A stretch of DNA of 63,945 nt, the filler included, from Rhabdomonas costata (taxonomy: Eukaryota): the NCBI GenBank assembly GCA_019059605.1. It is 17 parts of 17 records of this genome, joined end to end, with 100 filler letters (N's around TTAATTAATTAA, not from the genome) between each part and the next. Parts side by side here need not be neighbours in the genome. Positions count along the whole stretch, not along the records: positions 52,716 to 56,445 come from JAHMHO010000630.1; positions 56,546 to 60,194 come from JAHMHO010000631.1; positions 60,295 to 63,945 come from JAHMHO010000632.1; 14 more parts are not named here. The stretch is one strand, 5' to 3'. This document shows positions 55,155 through 63,945 of this stretch, one piece after another. Each line of letters begins with the position of its first letter. Position 1 is the first letter of the stretch. The notes beneath the pieces were generated by a model, which was not told the origin of the DNA, did no database searches, and worked only from the letters and a program-made list of their open reading frames with translations. Made by a program: the position numbers and the translations under genes.

Positions 55155-55689
55155 CTGACCCACAGAAAGAGCACAATACAGCAGAGGAAACCAAATCCTA
55201 CAACCTCATCCTCATCCTCATTGTGGAAAAGTAAAAACGAAGCCCCCCCCCAAAAAAAAAGGAGGACAGGAGAAAAAGTTGAGTGTGTTTGCGAAACTCA
55301 AACCTTGCTATTAAAAAGCGTACCGAAAGGGTCGGGGTCATTTAAGTCCCAAATGAGTCGATTGTGCACTCCGCTTTAGCCACACTCTCGGACTCCCAGA
55401 TTCTTCTGCGCCTTTCCCGCCTTCCGGGCCTTTTCACCCCGCTAATGGCAGCGGTTGGTTACTCACCTTACCCAGGGCCCAGGTTATATTCCTGCTATCG
55501 AATTTCATGTTCCACTTGAATGGGGTCTTGGTCAACCATTGGATCTCCCACACCGCTGCCTCGATTGTTCAACGACTGCTTCGGGGGGTAAGCATGCAAC
55601 AGGCATAAAAAAAGGGGGGAGGTAAAATCTACGCTATGAACAAAAAAACGCAACTATCTGGTGCCCAACGTAAACACTAGGAAGTGGAA

Positions 55690-55975
55690 GCACCCCACGT
55701 GCCAGGGCCACGCTTATAGCTGTCCACAGCAGCCCCGATGTCTCCTGGACTGTGATGCCCTCCCGCATGCTGGTGGCGCGATCCAGGCGCCGAATCAATT
55801 GAGTGGCTGCCTCGCCCCAATGCAATGCCCGGTGGTCTCCCCAACACAGGCAACAAATCCTCAGCTCCACAGCACGCACTCCTCGGCGCTCTGTGAGACT
55901 TTGAGAGCCTGCCGCATCGCGGGGGCTGCCCTGATATGAGCTTCGCCGGAAGAGGGACACGAGCATCCCATCGCC
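55690..55975 (-). mobile_element. 3' fragment of a CRE-like (restriction-like endonuclease) non-LTR retrotransposon in an ABCB intron
   Basis: WGEAATQLIRRLDRATSMREG..LLWTAISVALARG resembles the G.WG..A...L.RL..A..R.G..L...LSVALQRG C-terminal motif; frameshifted upstream. Confidence 0.55.
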
Positions 55976-57798
55976 CCCGCATTGTACCGCTCCTTTAGCC
56001 TCCACCCGCCTTTGCTTGCTAAACAAACACCCTTCTCTTGACTATTAACCGCTTTCTTTACATTTTTTTTTTGCTTGTGAACGCATGTAATTCCCTCTCC
56101 TATCGTTATTCGTAGAACCCCCCCCCCTTTACTGCCCATAAATTCTCTCCCGTGAAATCTCTTCTGGTTGTGACACCTACCATTATTCATTTTTTGTGTC
56201 CCTCTTGTTTTATGCCGCAATGTCGCTTTGATCCTTTGCGCTGCTTTGGACGGATCGCCTCCCTTTTACTGCTTTGAGAATTCAAATGAAGCGTGGTGCC
56301 TCCGTGTGGTAGCCCTTGCACAGTCCTCGATCATGAGGACAATGGTAAGCAAAAAGCTTAAGCTTACGCGTGAGTGGAAAGTGAGCAACCCCGTGTGATT
56401 TCGTGCAATATCAGAACGGAACTGTAGCGTGCACCCCACCCACAANNNNNNNNNNNNNNNNNNNNNNNNNNNNNNNNNNNNNNNNNNNNTTAATTAATTA
56501 ANNNNNNNNNNNNNNNNNNNNNNNNNNNNNNNNNNNNNNNNNNNNTTGTGGTTGGACGGGTCCAGAATGGTCTGAGCAGCTTTACTAAGCTCGAACTTAC
56601 TGACGGAGAAAACAGAATCAGCGATCTCACTTACCGGTTTTTCCTTTTACGTGTCAGCTAAAAAAACCGGTAAGTGAGATCGCTGATTGTGTTTTCTCCG
56701 TCAGTAAGTTCGAGCTTAGTAAAGCTGCTCAGACCATTCTGGACCCGTCCAATCGCAAGCCTTTGTGTTTTTTGAAAAGTTTGACAGTGTGCTTTGGCTG
56801 TGAACAGGCTTGCCTCTGCTGCGAACTGGAGCTTTGGTTCGGTGCCAAGAATGCTGTAAAACCTGAGAAAGGATTAATTCCTGCAGCTAATTAGAACGAA
56901 ATTTCAGCGGCAAAGGTATTCACAAAAGGGGGTTCGTCAGCGTTGACATTCTCGTCATTTGGAACCAGCATATCATGGAGACGTTCAGAAGGACGTTATA
57001 TGCAACCCTCGAGCGTCTTTGTCTTCTGTGGGGTTGAGTTTTCTTTCAACTTCTTTAGCCCATATACACGTAAACCTTGCCAACTTGCTGAATTACTATC
57101 TGCTCTCAAAATGGCGGAGCAAGAGGGCGGAGATGGAAAACGGCCCTTGGGGATGGGTCCCAAGGGACTCCAAGGAAGGGGCCTTACCAGCGGTCACTAC
57201 TATATTGCCTGGCTTGGAGCTCGAATGGCATGTGCTGTGTATCGGGTTCTTCTTCTTGTTAGCAGGGAGGTTTGTTGGAGGAGGCTACTTTATCTTGGAC
57301 TATTGGAAGTCTTTTTTCTTTCCTGGAAGCAACTGGACTGGGCTTGGGGGCGCTAGTCCTTCTTAGTTCTTCCCCGGCATTGTTGGGCTCCAATGAGGAC
57401 AGTTAGCTTCGAAGGGATAAGGTTGTTGCCCCCTTCCCCCATATTACTGGATTCAATGAGCACAAAAATGGTGTTCCCTCCCAAATACTCATTGGTTGGG
57501 TTTGTGGGTTTGGGGGATGTATTCGTCAGGAGCGCTGCACAAAACTATCATAAATCGCCCGGGTTAGTCGCCTTCTGCAAGGTTGAGGGAGGGGGACTTG
57601 TGCCGAATTAGGGTTCAGCACTTCTCTGCACAGGTCATCAGAGTTAATGAAATTGGTTTTGAACAATTGCCTCGCCAGCGCCGAACATATTTCTCCTCTA
57701 TCAACGAGCAGAGTCGGGGAATACCGGGGAACTACTTTTTTGTTGTAGCATGCATCATATCTGGGATCAGAAGACGCTTTGGTAGTACCAGAGTCCAG

Positions 57799-59126
57799 AC
57801 TTTCTTCTGTGATGAGTGAGATCTGCGTTGTATTCCAGTTTCTGTGTTTGCCACAGAACGCGATCCAAGTTACGGCGCTCTGCGCGGCTCCCTTCGTGTT
57901 CTGCTACTTCTGGTACGAGTGGTATACCAAAACCCACATGCCAAGGGTATGTGGGCTGCGGCTGTGATGGGTGCGGTACATCTCTAAATCTTTTATAAAC
58001 CCTGATGCCGGGTCTCCAGTTCAGCCAACCCTGGCTGCGAATGGCGTTACTGAAAATCCTTCAACTCACCTTGGTAGGGTTGCCATTGTCCCCATGTTAC
58101 CGATGTCGCTCAACCCCTTCCGGAGTCATTTCCCGGACCCTTTTTTTTCGGGGGGGGGGTGCAGTGCAGCACATAGGTGAAAAGGCAAGCCGGAAAATAG
58201 TATGGCAGGGTTGTACTTATCAGCAAATGAGCGCTCAGGGCAGATTTTCTTTGGATCTTCGGATTTTCTTGCAGTTACAGTTATTTTTTTTTGAAGAAGC
58301 GAATCACATGGTAAACTGGGATGGAGCCAAGGGACTCCAAAGGAAGGCCTTGGAAGTGGAAGTGATTAAAATGTAGATGCCCGTACATCCCGTTCAAAGT
58401 GTGAGGCGAAGCGCTTTCCACACTTTTTGGACTTGCAAGGGGTTCAGGGACGGTTAAAGAAGTCCCCTGTTTAACCCATTTGTCAGAATGGTTGCTTGTT
58501 GTGCATTTGCATAATTTCCCTCCACAGGGTTGCTCCCGGGGGCAAACAGGGAAAGCCTTCCCCATTTCTTCCTTTTCCAAAGGAGGAGGGTGAGGTGGGG
58601 AATTGGGTGTCTCCTGTATCTTTCGTTCCTTCCCCTTCGTGTCATAGCCATCCATCCTCGAAATGTGACTCCACACCACAAAGGCTTCCAGCCAGGTCAG
58701 CCAGCGCAAAACTGTTCGCAAAACCCACAGACACACAGCCGCACACAAAATGTTGTGTTCAGGTAACCTGGTGCCCTGCTTTGGGCATTGCCTCATTCCG
58801 TTACCTTCCTTTTCGTTTCCTTTTTAATTTCCTTGATACCTGTGCACGTGGTTCAGCAGCAGGGGACGGAACGTGGGCAGGAGGGTGTGTCCCTGCCTCG
58901 TCCGTACTGTACAGGCAGACAGCGAGAGGCGGACACCACTTTCATTTTCTTATTTGTCTGCTCTTCTTCGTTTTCGTGCCTTTCCATCCGGTTTGTCCTA
59001 CCTTCCCCCTCTGTGTGCTTTATGACTGAAGGGATCCATTCCCCAACTTTCGGCTTTGTGTTTCAGTTTTTCAGCAAGCAACAAGAATCGTGGATCGCTA
59101 ACTACATCTACCCTGGCTATTGCTAG
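57799..59126 (+). CDS. Possible 3' exons of a polytopic membrane protein (OSCA/TMEM63-like, tentative)
   Basis: Exon VMSEICVVFQFLCLPQNAIQVTALCAAPFVFCYFWYEWYTKTHMPR ending at gtatgt, and terminal KQQESWIANYIYPGYC*; family assignment is weak. Confidence 0.35.
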
Positions 59127-59761
59127 GAGTACGGTACGTGCACTGCGAACGGTGACAACTGACAGATAAATTCGACAATTTGAATGGGAGTAAGATATAC
59201 GGTATGCGTTCAAGGTGCGGTCGATGTGTAGCAGTGGTGTCACCCCACGCAGGGAAATTTCGACCTGCAATTGTGCCCTAACTACTCCAGGGCCCATTAT
59301 CTTCACCGCTTCTCTGGACGGGAGGGAAAAAACGGCTGCGACGTCAGTGAATCCCGGGTCAGCATCCCGAAAACATGCTGAGCAAGGAAAAAGAGAGGAA
59401 CGCATGAAAGCCCTTCTCCACTGACAACTTGAAGAACATTGTATCTTTTCAACGAGAGTTCTTGGGTGAATCATGGTTGTTTTCTGCAATGAATGCAGAG
59501 GGACGCTTGCTTGATACACAGCAGACCGTGATCTCCGCTACACTCTCGCAAAGTGCTACCGCGATAAAGAATACATCCAGAGTTATGTTCGAAAAAGTTC
59601 AAAGTTCGTCCGAAACAGTCTGGCTTCATTAAAACCACCAGCATCCAGCAAAAATAAAGCTGAAACGCCTCACTTTTCAGAAATTTCAAAACAAACACTG
59701 CAGCTCAGTAATAGTTGGCGGACTTCCATGATAACAACAGTCTTTTTCATGCACCTCCCCC

Positions 59762-60184
59762 CTACCCCTTTGGTCTTTGCAGAAATTCCTCCATCGTCTC
59801 GATGTCAGTCACATGGAAGCCTTCCCGCCGGACCTCAAACCGGACGTTCCAGTGCCCAACCTGGAAGCCGTACTGCTTGCCCTGGGACAAGGGCTGGCCC
59901 ACCGGGAAAGCAGCCTGTTGGTACCCGTGCCGCGGGTCCACTGCCAGCAGGTCCACCATCAGCGCCCGAAAGTGCAGCACCGGAACCAAAGGATCCCGCG
60001 AGGGGGTGCCTTCTGCAAGCTGCCTCTCAATATCCTGCAGCTTCCGCTCCACCGGCGCGTCCCAGGTGACCGGATGACGCTGGATTGGGTCTTTCGCCCA
60101 CCTCACAGCAGCATCCGGAATGGAGTCACTGTACGCAAGGTAGGGCTTAATATCCAGCACGGGGGTCCCGTCCAGCAAGTCCAC
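59762..60184 (-). CDS. TRMO: tRNA m6t6A37 methyltransferase TrmO/TsaA, last exon
   Basis: DLLDGTPVLDIKPY..SDS..W..LAVDPRHGYQ..YGF..NVRF signature. Confidence 0.93.
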   Translation of the reverse strand: MDLLDGTPVLDIKPYLAYSDSIPDAAVRWAKDPIQRHPVTWDAPVERKLQDIERQLAEGTPSRDPLVPVLHFRALMVDLLAVDPRHGYQQAAFPVGQPLSQGKQYGFQVGHWNVRFEVRREGFHVTDIETMEEFLQRPKG

Positions 60185-60455
60185 CCCCCCACCCNNNNNN
60201 NNNNNNNNNNNNNNNNNNNNNNNNNNNNNNNNNNNNNNTTAATTAATTAANNNNNNNNNNNNNNNNNNNNNNNNNNNNNNNNNNNNNNNNNNNNTTTGTT
60301 TTGTTTTGCACTGGGCTCTTTTATTTCTTTTTTTATGTCTCTTTTTATCACCCAGCAGATTTGAGGGTGATATAAAGGCGTACGTGGAGGTTGATCGGTG
60401 TTGAGCCATGCGTGCGCCTGTGCAGAGGAATAAGGCAGGGAGGCAGTCTCAACAC

Positions 60456-63915
<3,460 letters not shown>

Positions 63916-63945
63916 AGTGTCGTGGACGTGCTTTCCCCCAAACAA

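Noticed and set aside
58141..58150. TTTTTTTTCG resembling the 3' end of the euglenid spliced leader
   Set aside because: The upstream leader sequence is absent and no GT donor follows directly.

Overview
This window is not one locus. It is 17 unrelated ~3.65-kb eukaryotic contigs joined by an artificial 100-nt linker (44 N + TTAATTAATTAA + 44 N), so adjacency across linkers is meaningless. Thirteen contigs carry pieces of intron-dense genes, which I reconstructed by hand from splice phase and protein motifs: an ADP-ribosyltransferase-like protein, an IP3 receptor, hemerythrin-domain protein(s), a ubiquitin-like protein ending in di-Gly, four ePK kinases (MAP3K, STE20-like, NAK, MAPK), an alpha-kinase, a CDF zinc transporter, a RING-H2 protein, a fumarate reductase-cytochrome b5 fusion, an ABCB transporter and TrmO. 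Four AT-richer contigs are decayed transposable elements: two Ty3/gypsy pol remnants, an LTR-PBS(tRNAiMet)-gag 5' end, and possible hAT and LINE remnants. The most consistent biological signal is the 5' splice-site consensus, roughly GTNYG. None of about 55 donors is GTRAG, and 2-3 introns are GC-AG. This suggests a euglenid-like host (inference), and I found no convincing non-conventional intron. Fold-back hairpins and A/C-rich tails at contig ends are best explained as amplification or library artefacts. I cannot support a complete novel system; the best leads are the splice code, the ART protein with a large insert, the UBL-GG fusion and the hemerythrin repeat/tandem locus.
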